A stretch of DNA of 64,000 bases. Source: Asterias rubens (taxonomy: Eukaryota). A program made the translations under genes and the position numbers. Location: positions 16,182,001 through 16,246,000 of the forward strand of contig NC_047072.1 in the NCBI RefSeq assembly GCF_902459465.1, in the 5' to 3' direction. Positions 40,833 through 52,603 of this stretch are shown piece after piece. Within the stretch, counting starts at the first letter, position 1; the number at the start of each line of letters is the position of its first letter. The notes beneath the pieces were generated by a model. That model made no database searches and was not told where the DNA came from. It saw only the letters and a program-made list of their open reading frames with translations.

Positions 40833-41399
40833 TTAACGCAACACCCTCCTACGCCTTTTATCTTTGGGAGTAAAGTGAATTAATGCTTAATTTTGGCGCA
40901 TATTGTAAATGATTTACCTTTCGGATATTGCAATTCCTGCCAGGTAAGACAATCACAGGTGATAGAGAGACATAGAGAGAGTTGGTCTGTATTATAGTTT
41001 AAGCCCCTAAGAAACGATGTCAACAGTATACGCACTAGGGGATCAGTTGTCAGTTTATATTCAAAAATCATCATCGCTAGCAGATACCCACGAGAACAAA
41101 TACAGAAGTAGAGGATGATGTTTCTTTAGTAACAGACCGAAGCCTTTGGGGATCCCTCTACCCCGGTACATCACCAGTTTGTTTTTATAAAGAGAAGAAA
41201 CTAAATCTGGAAGTTGTAACAAATCTTGTAGTTTGTAAAAATGGCATTAAGTGGTTGATTGGAGTTGATTGGTTGATGGTTGCCTTAGAAAGTGATTCAG
41301 TCAAGACAGTAGAAGGGTACGCTTTGAGCTAGGTAGGAACTTCTTCCGATTGAAATAATGACATAAATCAAGCTAATAATAAAAACCACTTAACCCAGT

Positions 41400-42050
41400 T
41401 GCATAGACTCTTCTAGACCTCATTGCCTTCGTTTTCTTACATCGATTGATTCCCGGCTATGTATGACGACATCTTTCATCCCAGGACGGTTCCTATGCTT
41501 CATTTAACGCTATGTGTATGCATTATCCTCATAAAGGAAGTATGGGTACTGACTATAGAGGGACTAGTAACACCTTTAAGCACATCGTTTCAATAGGATC
41601 AATCACAATGGTTAAGGATCCTATCTAGGCAATTAGAACCGCCACAGAGATTTTGAATTAATCCAATCAACTGGAATTCAAAGCGACTTAGTCGTCCACC
41701 AATCACGACAGGGCATTATCTGAATCCATTTTCTGGTTGATGCTACTGCGTGACTACTTGCTGTATCATAAATCCTTTGCAATTACTTCAATCCCTACAG
41801 CTATGTGGTTTACAGGTCCCCCCTCTCTTTATTAGTTGAGTGGTGCCAAGCTGTTCAACATTTCATGAAATTGATTCTGGACACGTTTGCACCTTCAGAT
41901 TGCATGACAATCGCTTGATGGACACCCAAGTGCGTCCCATGAGCGTCCTTTCAGATGGACATGTCCCTTAGCGGCCATTCTTCAGAAGCTTCTTGATTAA
42001 CTCCAATTATCACCTATCTCCTATGATTACAGGTACGGGGATCTCCTTTG
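41400..42050 (+). pseudogene. Heavily decayed reverse-transcriptase fragment, possibly DIRS-like
   Basis: Frameshifted YV-DDIF (TATGTATGACGACATCTTT, about 41459) and INW..SDLV..Q-like remnants near 41665-41710. Many stops. Confidence 0.35.
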
Positions 42051-42239
42051 ATGCAGCTAAATTCTCTCATGTATATATTCATCGGTTAATATACATCCAG
42101 AGGGGAAAACAAGTACACATGTTTTAATAGAACTAGGGTATCAAATGAACACCGCCCCATCATGAAAAGAAACAGGTCTGAATTACAAGACAAAGATTGA
42201 AATTGACCTAACATCAACACATAATGGTATTCTCCTCGT

Positions 42240-42367
42240 ACAATAATTCCACTGTTAAACATTATATTGAGCATCTACATTCACTTTGAAAGCAATGCTG
42301 GACAATAATTCCACTGTTAAACATTATATTGAGCATCTACATTCACTTTGAAAGCAATGCTGGACAA
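42240..42367. repeat. Perfect 62-bp tandem duplication
   Basis: CAATAATTCCACTGTTAAAC...GCAATGCTGGA at 42241 and 42303. Confidence 0.95.
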
Positions 42368-42877
42368 GTAGCAATACATTCATTCCAAATTGATGAACTA
42401 AACATTACATTTAATTAATTCAATTATAGCTGTGGTATAAAAGGTTGTAATGCATTTAGCATTGATTTATCCCAAAGCATTGACACGGAAATTATATGAA
42501 GTGCATGGTACGTGATATATAAGTTTAATAAAATTGCTTCAGGCGCTACGTTATTAAGAGACGTTCGATCGAAAAACGAAATAGGCGTGAAATATGAAAC
42601 CTTAATGAGTAGGAATCGAAATTGGCTATGGGCTATAAATAATGGACTGTCATTTTGGTACTGTTCAACAGTTCCTAGAATAGAAACCGACAATCGTGAG
42701 ACGAGACGTCTTGACGGTGTTAGACGAAGATTTAAACAACAAGTCAGTTAAGTGTCTGGTATGGTTCACGTTTTAATAACTAGCTTCGTAAAGTGCATCC
42801 ATTAAAACAAACAAGATTAACCTTTATGTACAACGCTTCAAAACAGACCCGTAAGACTTGTATGCTTGAAAACAACA

Positions 42878-42923
42878 GTCTCCTGAGGATGACTAGAGCA
42901 GGCTAGTCGAAACGTTCGGAGAC
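42878..42923 (+). ncRNA. Minimal type I hammerhead-ribozyme-like motif (Penelope-like terminal repeat)
   Basis: GTCTC-CTGAGGA-T-GACTAG-AGCAGG-CTAGTC-GAAA-CG-TT-CG-GAGAC. This gives stem I, the CUGANGA core, a 6-bp stem II, GAAA and a palindromic ACGT stem III. Two extra nt precede the stem I 3' strand. Confidence 0.55.
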
Positions 42924-43405
42924 CAAAACACAAGATCCACTAACCGCTTATAAAATCAGTGCTTCAAAGCACACAAAACTTGTTCAAGTACAAAACTTGT
43001 TCAAACAATGGTTCCCTATCAAAGTATGCACAATAAGTCTTCCACATGTAAACAAACATTTATTTAAAACTTGGTACTAAAAATGCATTTAACTCAGTGC
43101 TTTAAAGTGTCAGACGCCCACATCCGTGGTTCCTTTATTCATGGAGGAATAAATTAGATTTATTCCTCCATGCTTTATTCAATTCAATGCTTCACCACAA
43201 ATAATGCAATCGAATGGTATTAGAAGTATGATGTACTTTATTCAATGCTTCAAAACGTTGGTGTCCGATCTCCTTTATTAGTCTGCTCAATGCATAGAGC
43301 TATAATACTCTTATATTATATAGCTCTATATGGTCCTGTGCAAAAGTAAACATTCAACGCAAGCTCTAGAGCTGTGATCATCCCACAGCTAATGCTTTGA
43401 TCGTG

Positions 43406-43780
43406 TCTAAGATGCTTACAAATAAGTCCCACATTCGACCATGATGAACAAATAATGGGCAAGTACTATGCCACTAAATGGCACATGAATATTACATTGT
43501 CCACGCCCAATTTCACCGCATGCAAGAATGGATGACAATTCCATATAGCTGAATTCTTCAAGAGCTTTAACGCATGAGGTGTTATCCATTCTCCGACCTT
43601 TTCTAAGATGCTTACTATTAAGCCCCACATTCGATCAGGATGAACAAATATGGCGAAATTATTATAAATTATATAGCATAGGAATTATTACATTGTCAAC
43701 GCTCAATTTAACCACATGCAAGAACGGATTACGATATCGTGAAGTTGAAATTTTCAAGAGCTTCGACATGCGCAGTAAGC
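43406..43780. repeat. Diverged tandem duplication (period about 196 bp)
   Basis: TCTAAGATGCTTAC...CCCACATTCGA...ATTACATTGTC...CATGCAAGAA...TTCAAGAGCTT at 43406 and 43602. Confidence 0.75.
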
Positions 43781-44029
43781 GCTTCAACAGTAGACTTGTT
43801 TAAATCGAATTACCGCTCTTGCTTTCTGTTTCCACCCACTCACAAATGCAACCGAACATTGCAAATCAGACTGAGTGTTTTAACAAGGGGTCTGCTAGCC
43901 AATTAGATGGCTCACAATTTAGTACATGCCTGGTCTAGCTGGCTGCTTGTCATTTATACATGTCAACCACTGATTGTTCGAATTACTTCAATTAAGTAAT
44001 GCACATTTTAGGTTAGTGGTAGCACCGTG

Positions 44030-45190
44030 AGTAAAATCTCTTTTGAGTAGCGTTGGTTCTGAAAAGAACCGTTGGTTGACAACTCAATGTTTCATTCAGA
44101 TGCTTTGGTGGTCTGAAATGCAGCTAAAGGAAATCTACAAATTTGGACCAGGGGAAACTCTAATTGACCAATTAATGATTGGCTACTGGTCCTGATGTCT
44201 AGTTATCGTGAAATGTTAAAAACCCAGTCTTGGGTTTAAGATCTGTTGGAGAAAATGATAACTCAATTTGATGTTAAACAGAAAATACTGCTTGACAATG
44301 CCTTGCTAAGCAATTTTGAGTAGGGCATCAGCCTCAACACCGCAAACTTACTGTAATATTAGATTGTAACCTGTTTCTGCTAAGAAAGTCTTACTGCGCT
44401 TAGCAAGCTTTTGTTTTTACAGGCTCTATGAAATTGGGCATTTGAAAAACAATGCCTGGACTCTAACAAGTTCAGGTTGTACACTGTTATCGTTTGACCA
44501 AACGTACCTCAGTCCAAAATCCAACTGAGTTGTAACATTTTCAGTTTTCACCTGTTACACACTCGAGTTATTTTAATCATTTTTCATCGATAGAAGTCGT
44601 GGGTTGTTGAGTTAGTAGCGCAAGTAAGCTGTTTGCATAACTGAATGCACTGCTTTACCGTCCAAGGTTATCTTAGCAGGTGCATCTTGCTGTTGAATCA
44701 ATCTTCATGTTTTAACACGGAGGCGTTTATCCCTTCAAGTCCGGTAAAACTGTACACTATAATGCATCAAAATGAGAGCCTTGCTGTGATAATAGTGGTT
44801 TGTATCAATATTCATAACTCTAATTAGAGGTGGGTAGCCTCTTTTGAGTAGTGTTGGTTCTGAAAAAAACGGTGGTTGATAACTCGACGTTTCGATCAGT
44901 ATGCTCTGATTGTCTTCATTTCTCCTATCTGGAGACAATCAGAGCGAGCTGATCGAAACGTTGAGTTGTCTTTCAACCACCGTTTTTCCCCCAGACCAAA
45001 CACTTACCAAGAGAGATATTCATATTGTGTTACTTACACTACAGAAAACCTCACCTAATAGTAATACTTCCACCATAAATTCTAAACCAAACCATTATTT
45101 TCAGAACCAACACAACTCAAAAGAGATGTTTCACTTGGTGTGACTGAAAACCTCACAATTATAATAATTACTTCCACCACAGCACCATGC
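44030..45190. mobile_element. Cluster of Penelope-like terminal-repeat fragments, including an inverted pair
   Basis: TTCAGAACCAAC...CTCAAAAGAGAT segments occur in both orientations (about 44040, 44840, 45100). A long inverted repeat at 44865-44987 carries hammerhead-like cores. Confidence 0.55.
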
Positions 45191-46837
45191 GAAGTATCAA
45201 TCCTTAGTATTTATACTCTAGACTAATACATAATGTCCCTTAAAAGCTCATGAGATAATGAATTTAGTCCATTTCGGAGAGAAAACAGGCTCTTTATACA
45301 CACTTAATTACACGTATACGTTTGCCCCAAATAACCATAAATTTACGCTGCATATATTATTTATCGTGTTTGGTTAATGAAAACACACAAATTGCCGTGT
45401 ATAACACTAAGTGCTGTCTGCGGGCACTTTGTCCCTCCAAGGGGCAGGTTTCACTTTCTTAAATTACCAAACTCATTTTGATGAGTCATTATTCAGAACT
45501 CTGTTACTGTGAAATAGAATGCGTTCAGTAAACAACTTTCTCCCTACAGCGAGCCACTATTCCGATTCAACTTCAGCTATCTGGTATGAGAAAACTCGTG
45601 GAATAGAACATCACAAGTAAGATTACTCCATGACAAATTTCATCACGAAAAATCATTGCCTGTACTCTCTCTATCTTCGAAAGATGAAAACTGTATCCGA
45701 TCAAAAACAACTCATACATTTTTCAGAAAAGTTCAGTTATCGCTTTTTAGAGACAGGTCATTCACATTCAAGAAGGTATTAAACTGCAAGTACTGACGAT
45801 ATTATAAAAGGTTGTAGACCATTGAAGAGTTTCACATGTTGCAATGCGAAATGTCAGAGTTGTTAGAATAGAGCTTTATAACACGCTCTCTGATCGATAC
45901 CAAACCATTTTCACCTGCGCATTCACTCTCGAATCAACAAGATTTTCCTCTTTCCAAAGCGCTATTTTCTGCGGTTTTGATTCGGAATTTTTTGTCCTAT
46001 GTTTGCTTCGTCATTCAGCACGAACGCAAACGCGTCTGGTGCATAGTAACATGTACTTGACTTTCATACTAAACCCCTGGGAACTAGACAGCTCTAATTT
46101 GTATACCATTATACTGTGTAATTCAACCCAGGGTTCCTAATCCACATCTTTAAGAAAGAAAAAAATGGATTTCGGAAGTCAGTTTTACACCGACAATTAT
46201 TTTGATCAATAGGAAAAGAAACTTGAATAAGTGCTTTTCAGTCTTGAAATGTGTTTACCTAGCCTCTTTTTTTCTCGTGTTAACTTTCTCCACAAAGCCT
46301 AAAGTGCATGGTATCAATTGGTAATAAATATAGCAACCATGGTCGGTCAGTGTTGTTGACTTATACGGAAGTCACTCGCTAGGGGAAGGCGACAACTCAA
46401 GACAGCGTGGCGGTCTTCAATAATTCATCCGGAAAAGAAAACTTTGCGTTTTATAAGAGGTTTTCCGTTGTTTTTCTTAGCGGTAAGATTTCTTTCTACT
46501 GTTCCTATTCTCGTTCTACGGCAAATATTGACTTTCTTGAGTTACAATACTTCATCCTTTAACCGTCACCTCACTCTCCATAGTTGCTTGAACCGTTGTG
46601 TTCATTTTGCATGGATCCATACACAAACTGTTATTAAATTCACTAGTCATTCACGCCCCTTTGCCTCAATTATTTCTCATCATTTTCTTTTCGTAAGTGT
46701 GTTCGTAGCACTACTGGATTAATAACTCTTTCTTATTCCAGCATCTTGTTGGCACAGATAGACTAGAAGGTAAATGGAGTCTAATGTCTTACTGTTGGGA
46801 TGCGATCCCCACACACCCTAATATTGACATTTGGGAA

Positions 46838-47160
46838 CTAGCAAAAAACCTTGGTAAGCAGTGCAGAGTTGGTTGTTGAAAGTAGAAAACATTGTGAGAA
46901 ACTGCTCCCACTGAAGTAATGCTGTTTTTGAGAAAGAGGTAATTTCTCTCTCAAATATTAACAGTTTTCAGGCCTAAAGCCTTTATCTATGCATCTGAAA
47001 GCACATAATTTTTATTTTGCATCTTCGATTACCAAATGAACCAAAATTTTCACAGGTTTGCTATTTTATGCATATTGGAACCACCAAGTGAGAATACTGG
47101 TCTTGGACAATACTGGTCTTCGATATTACTATAATTACCAAAGGTTTCCATGACGTGCCT
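46838..47160. mobile_element. Kolobok-type MITE family 1, decayed (left end approximate)
   Basis: Interior matches the family; ends GTGCCT|TTAA (47161-64). Confidence 0.75.
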
Positions 47161-47239
47161 TTAAACATTAAGAAGATTATTGCCTGTAATGATACACTGT
47201 GATGGCCACCTTTGTATTGCTAGCTCACACTGACTGTAA

Positions 47240-49150
47240 TAAAGGGAGTCCTCGACAAAACCCCATCTCTTACCTTTAACTACTGAAGGAAACTGCAATA
47301 TGCATTCATATTGAACTTGAAATGGGAAACAAATTACAACTAAACCTCACTCGAGCACGAACCCCATTGCCATATAGAATCTGAATAGATTGATTTGCCA
47401 AGCCTCTAGTCTTCACGCACTTTGTGACTCTTTCTATTCAAGTCGTACCTTTACCTTCAATCCCCGACTCTGAATTGGTGTTTGTTTTTAATCTGCAGCT
47501 TTCAGATTCTAACAAATGTTTGAGCGCCAAAGGTTACCGAACCTGCAGGCGTTTTATGATACTCTGTTTGTGTCCAAAGCTTCTAGTAATTTAAAGATTA
47601 CTCTCTCGTTTCCAGTGGAAACAATCTTTATATTGATGATATATTGATCTTCACTAATTCAACTCGATAGGTAATCTATTGTCAGGATCAGAGACAGGTT
47701 AAATTTGCATACTTTCACAAGTCCTGTGTTTTCCTCATTGGCAAACAAACTCTGTTCCAGAGTTCAGTGAATTTACCGATTCATTACAAGCTCTAATTAG
47801 GACCATTAATCTTACAGTCTAATGTCTTGGGTGAGTTCAACGATCCTTTCTAATAATATCAAAATAAGCTTGATAAATGATGGAAAGTTCTGCATCTCCA
47901 ATCATGATAGGTTTGTATACCTTAAATACAGTACTTCCTAAAGTCAAGATTTCAGACGAAAAATTATACCATCGTCATCTACAACTGTTCCAACGATCCA
48001 GTGACACATGTGAATTTGCGCCAAACACAGAATGGGCATTATATGACATTTATCGATGATTTGATAAGAAATATAGTATTGCGGGGATTTGACAAAGGGA
48101 AAACAAAAGCAAAGCCAGTGGCGACCCGAATAACAACATATTCTGGACTGAGCAAAGTCCACTCAAACCAAACGTAGATTTAGGCAAACTTGTGTTGTGT
48201 CATATGGACAGCTTTCCACTCGAAATTAATTCAATTTCACCCTTGAAGAGAGGTTGAATAATTTCCAATAAGATGATTAAAAACTTGTGGTTTCAAGAGC
48301 CATATAGCTTGATACGCTATAGGAGGAATGACCTACTATAATTGACCACTGTCGTCTACAGGGAAAAATGTGATAGACCCCTAGATATTTTATCATATAA
48401 TGAAATTTAAAAAGTAAAAATCAAGAAACCTGTCTACGTCACTAACGCCCAAAGTGCCAGTGCAATGTTATAACTCGCTCTTTAATTTTATTTTCAGAGT
48501 ACACCTGATGTATTTTTCTTGCAACTAATCAAATGGAAAAAGTTGAATTTGCAATATGTCCTTTTGCCAAAGCCCTGTAGCTACGCCATGCACGATCAAT
48601 GAAACGAATGACGATTTCTGTTCATTTGTGTCTATATCTACACATTCCAACTCTATCTTTCTGTGTTTGTGTATTTGTTTGTCTCTACCCCCAATGCATT
48701 CAGAATTCTAGGCCAATTTGTAATCCCGAGTCAATATTCTTATCATGTTAGACGAGAAACTCGAGTGGTCAACTCATCTAGTTCCCGCAGGCTGTTCCAT
48801 TTCTTTCAAATTATATACATCTCCATCTTTTGGCAGTCTAAGACAGAACCTCCAGTATTCTCTCTGGTCGTCCTTCTTGCAAATCGCAATTAATTAGCAG
48901 ATTGACCATCCTTATGCTAGTCTTGATTCATCCAACCATTTGGAATTCTGTTCCAGTATTTCTTTCTCATCTTATCCCTTAAGAAATCTCTACACAGACT
49001 TCCACATTTGTCCTCATCTATTTTCTGCAGAAAGGTCTTAGCTGAGTCACTGGCTGTGTGTGTTGCAGCCTTGATGTTTGTTGTGTAGAGATTAATGACC
49101 AACTCATCAACCTTTTCCTCTTCGTGCCCAAACTCTCAATCTTTCCAGCT
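47240..49150 (-). pseudogene. Decayed non-LTR retrotransposon (LINE) ORF2 fragment
   Basis: Minus-strand remnants: SDPDNRLPIEL (resembles the SPGPDGLPxE RT motif, about 47660-47695) and GFCRGLPL (resembles GxRQGxPLS, about 47240-47265). Multiple stops. Confidence 0.45.
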
Positions 49151-49887
49151 CGCTAAGGTGTGTCCACATTACACATTATTACATTTAGATTAGTTAATAA
49201 CATCAAGAAGTGTTGTTTCAACCTCCAAACAGTGGTCGGTCACGTAATAACCACTTGCTTCCTATTTGTTCCTGTTTCTTGATTGCATTCATTCCTTGCA
49301 GAGTCTTGAAAGGATGAGAATTTCTTACATATTGATTCATTCTACTAAAAAAAAATACTTTACTTTAGATCAACATGAACCTTTCCTTCTCACCGTGACG
49401 TCATAACAAGTCTCAGCTGCAATAATACATAGGAAATGGAGCCTGCCGAGTGTAGTTTTTTCTTTCAGTCCACCCCTGATAAAATAACAGTACGTCTTGT
49501 ATCGCCCATCGGAAACATACCTTGAAGTTAACATAAATGTTACAAATCAAAGTTTGTACATTTTCGACACACATTGTACTCGATCCCTCTCCAGCTTTTG
49601 GTTTCTCTTTTCATGTTTAAAACATAATCGAATTTTTTCCACAACTTTCCAGATTTTAACTTTGACAGTAAACTCTCCTGTGATAGAGTAACACCAAAAG
49701 CCAAAGACATCATGAAATGACAGACGTTGTTTTTGCCGTGGGTCTTTATGAAGTCTAGATCATCACGGATATTGGCTCAAGCTTGATTTGACATTGCGAG
49801 GCACAACATAAAAGTACATTGCTTCTATGAACATACATGACTGAATACTCAAACCTATATTCATTGCATTTGTCTGGATTGTCTTAA

Positions 49888-52603
49888 AGGCACTGTAGAA
49901 TTACTTAAAACAATTGTTAGAATAAAAACATACTTGGTATATCGAGCAATGGAGAGCTGTTGATAGTACAACACATTGTGAGGAACAGCTCCCTCTGAAG
50001 TAACATAGTTTTTGAGGAGAGGTAATTTCTCATTCAATTAAAAGTCAATATAGTTCAACTTCAAAAATCAATTAAAAGTCTTCAGGCCTGAAGCCTCTCT
50101 CATGACTCTGAAAGCACACTGGTTTGCACCCTGAAGCCTCTCTCATGACTCTGAAAGCACACTGGTTTGCACCCTGAAGCCTCTCTCATGACTCTGAAAG
50201 CACACTGGTTTGCACCCTGAAGCCTCTCTCATGACTCTGAAAGCACGCTGGTTTGCACCCTGAAGCCTCTCTCATGACTCTGAAAGCACACTGGTTTGCA
50301 CCCTGAAGCCTCTCTCATGACTCTGAAAGCACGCTGGTTTGCACCCTGAAGCCTCTCTCATGACTCTGAAAGCACACTGGTTTGCACCCTGAAGCCTCTC
50401 TCATGACTCTGAAAGCACGCTGGTTTGCACCCTGAAGCCTCTCTCATGACTCTGAAAGCACGCTGGTTTGCACCCTGAAGCCTCTCTCATGACTCTGAAA
50501 GCACGCTGGTTTGCACCCTGAAGCCTCTCTCATGACTCTGAAAGCACACTGGTTTGCACCCTGAAGCCTCTCTCATGACTCTGAAAGCACGCTGGTTTGC
50601 ACCCTGAAGCCTCTCTCATGACTCTGAAAGCACACTGGTTTGCACCCTAAAGCCTCTCTCATGACTCTGAAAGCACGCTGGTTTGCACCCTGAAGCCTCT
50701 CTCATGACTCTGAAAGCACGCTGGTTTGCACCCTGAAGCCTCTCTCATGACTCTGAAAGCACACTGGTTTGCACCCTGAAGCCTCTCTCATGACTCTGAA
50801 AGCACGCTGGTTTGCACCCTGAAGCCTCTCTCATGACTCTGAAAGCACACTGGTTTGCACCCTGAAGCCTCTCTCATGACTCTGAAAGCACACTGGTTTG
50901 CACCCTGAGGCCTCTCTCATGACTCTGAAAGCACACTGGTTTGCACCCTGAAGCCTCTCTCATGACTCTGAAAGCACACTGGTTTGCACCCTGAAGCCTC
51001 TCTCATGACTCTGAAAGCACGCTGGTTTGCACCCTGAAGCCTCTCTCATGACTCTGAAAGCACACTGGTTTGCACCCTGAAGCCTCTCTCATGACTCTGA
51101 AAGCACGCTGGTTTGCACCCTGAAGCCTCTCTCATGACTCTGAAAGCACTGGTTTGCACCCTGAAGCCTCTCTCATGACTCTGAAAGCACACTGGTTTGC
51201 ACCCTGAAGCCTCTCTCATGACTCTGAAAGCACGCTGGTTTGCACCCTGAAGCCTCTCTCATGACTCTGAAAGCACACTGGTTTGCACCCTGAAGCCTCT
51301 CTCATGACTCTGAAAGCACACTGGTTTGCACCCTGAAGCCTCTCTCATGACTCTGAAAGCACACTGGTTTGCACCCTGAAGCCTCTCTCATGACTCTGAA
51401 AGCACGCTGGTTTGCACCCTGAAGCCTCTCTCATGACTCTGAAAGCACACTGGTTTGCACCCTGAAGCCTCTCTCATGACTCTGAAAGCACACTGGTTTG
51501 CACCCTGAAGCCTCTCTCATGACTCTGAAAGCACGCTGGTTTGCACCCTGAAGCCTCTCTCATGACTCTGAAAGCACGCTGGTTTGCACCCTGAAGCCTC
51601 TCTCATGACTCTGAAAGCACACTGGTTTGCACCCTGAAGCCTCTCTTATGACTCTGAAAGCACACTGGTTTGCACCCTGAAGCCTCTCTCATGACTCTGA
51701 AAGCACACTGGTTTGCACCCTGAAGCCTCTCTCATGACTCTGAAAGCACGCTGGTTTGCACCCTGAAGCCTCTCTCATGACTCTGAAAGCACACTGGTTT
51801 GCACCCTGAAGCCTCTCTCATGACTCTGAAAGCACACTGGTTTGCACCCTGAAGCCTCTCTCATGACTCTGAAAGCACACTGGTTTGCACCCTGAAGCCT
51901 CTCTCATGACTCTGAAAGCACACTGGTTTGCACCCTGAAGCCTCTCTCATGACTCTGAAAGCACGCTGGTTTGCACCCTGAAGCCTCTCTCATGACTCTG
52001 AAAGCACGCTGGTTTGCACCCTGAAGCCTCTCTCATGACTCTGAAAGCACACTGGTTTGCACCCTGAAGCCTCTCTCATGACTCTGAAAGCACACTGGTT
52101 TGCACCCTGAAGCCTCTCTCATGACTCTGAAAGCACACTGGTTTGCACCATGAAGCCTCTCTCATGACTCTGAAAGCACGCTGGTTTGCACCCTGAAGCC
52201 TCTCTCATGACTCTGAAAGCACACTGGTTTGCACCCTGAAGCCTCTCTCATGACTCTGAAAGCACACTGGTTTGCACCCTGAAGCCTCTCTCATGACTCT
52301 GAAAGCACGCTGGTTTGCACCCTGAAGCCTCTCTCATGACTCTGAAAGCACGCTGGTTTGCACCCTGAAGCCTCTCTCATGACTCTGAAAGCACACTGGT
52401 TTGCACCCTGAAGCCTCTCTCATGACTCTGAAAGCACACTGGTTTGCACAACAAATGTGTTTTTCTTTCTTTATTCCCTTGCAACTGCGATGACCAAATG
52501 AATATAATATTTTAAAAAATCACAAATTAATTTGCATATTTATGTTGGGATACACCAAGTGAGAATACTGGTCTTTGACAATTACCAAAGCTACCTAATT
52601 CCT
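49888..52603. mobile_element. Kolobok-type MITE family 1 copy, inflated to 2.7 kb by an internal satellite
   Basis: TTAA (49884-87)|AGGCAC ... CCT|TTAA (52604-07). Family sequence is colinear on both sides of the array. Confidence 0.92.
50087..52449. repeat. Minisatellite, 43 bp x 55
   Basis: Unit CCTGAAGCCTCTCTCATGACTCTGAAAGCAC(A/G)CTGGTTTGCAC. 2363 bp = 55 x 43 minus one 2-bp deletion. Confidence 0.98.

Noticed and set aside
50087-52449. CRISPR-like appearance of the 43-bp, 26-bp, 27-bp and 70-bp arrays
   Set aside because: Units are head-to-tail with no unique spacers, there are no cas genes, and the context is eukaryotic.
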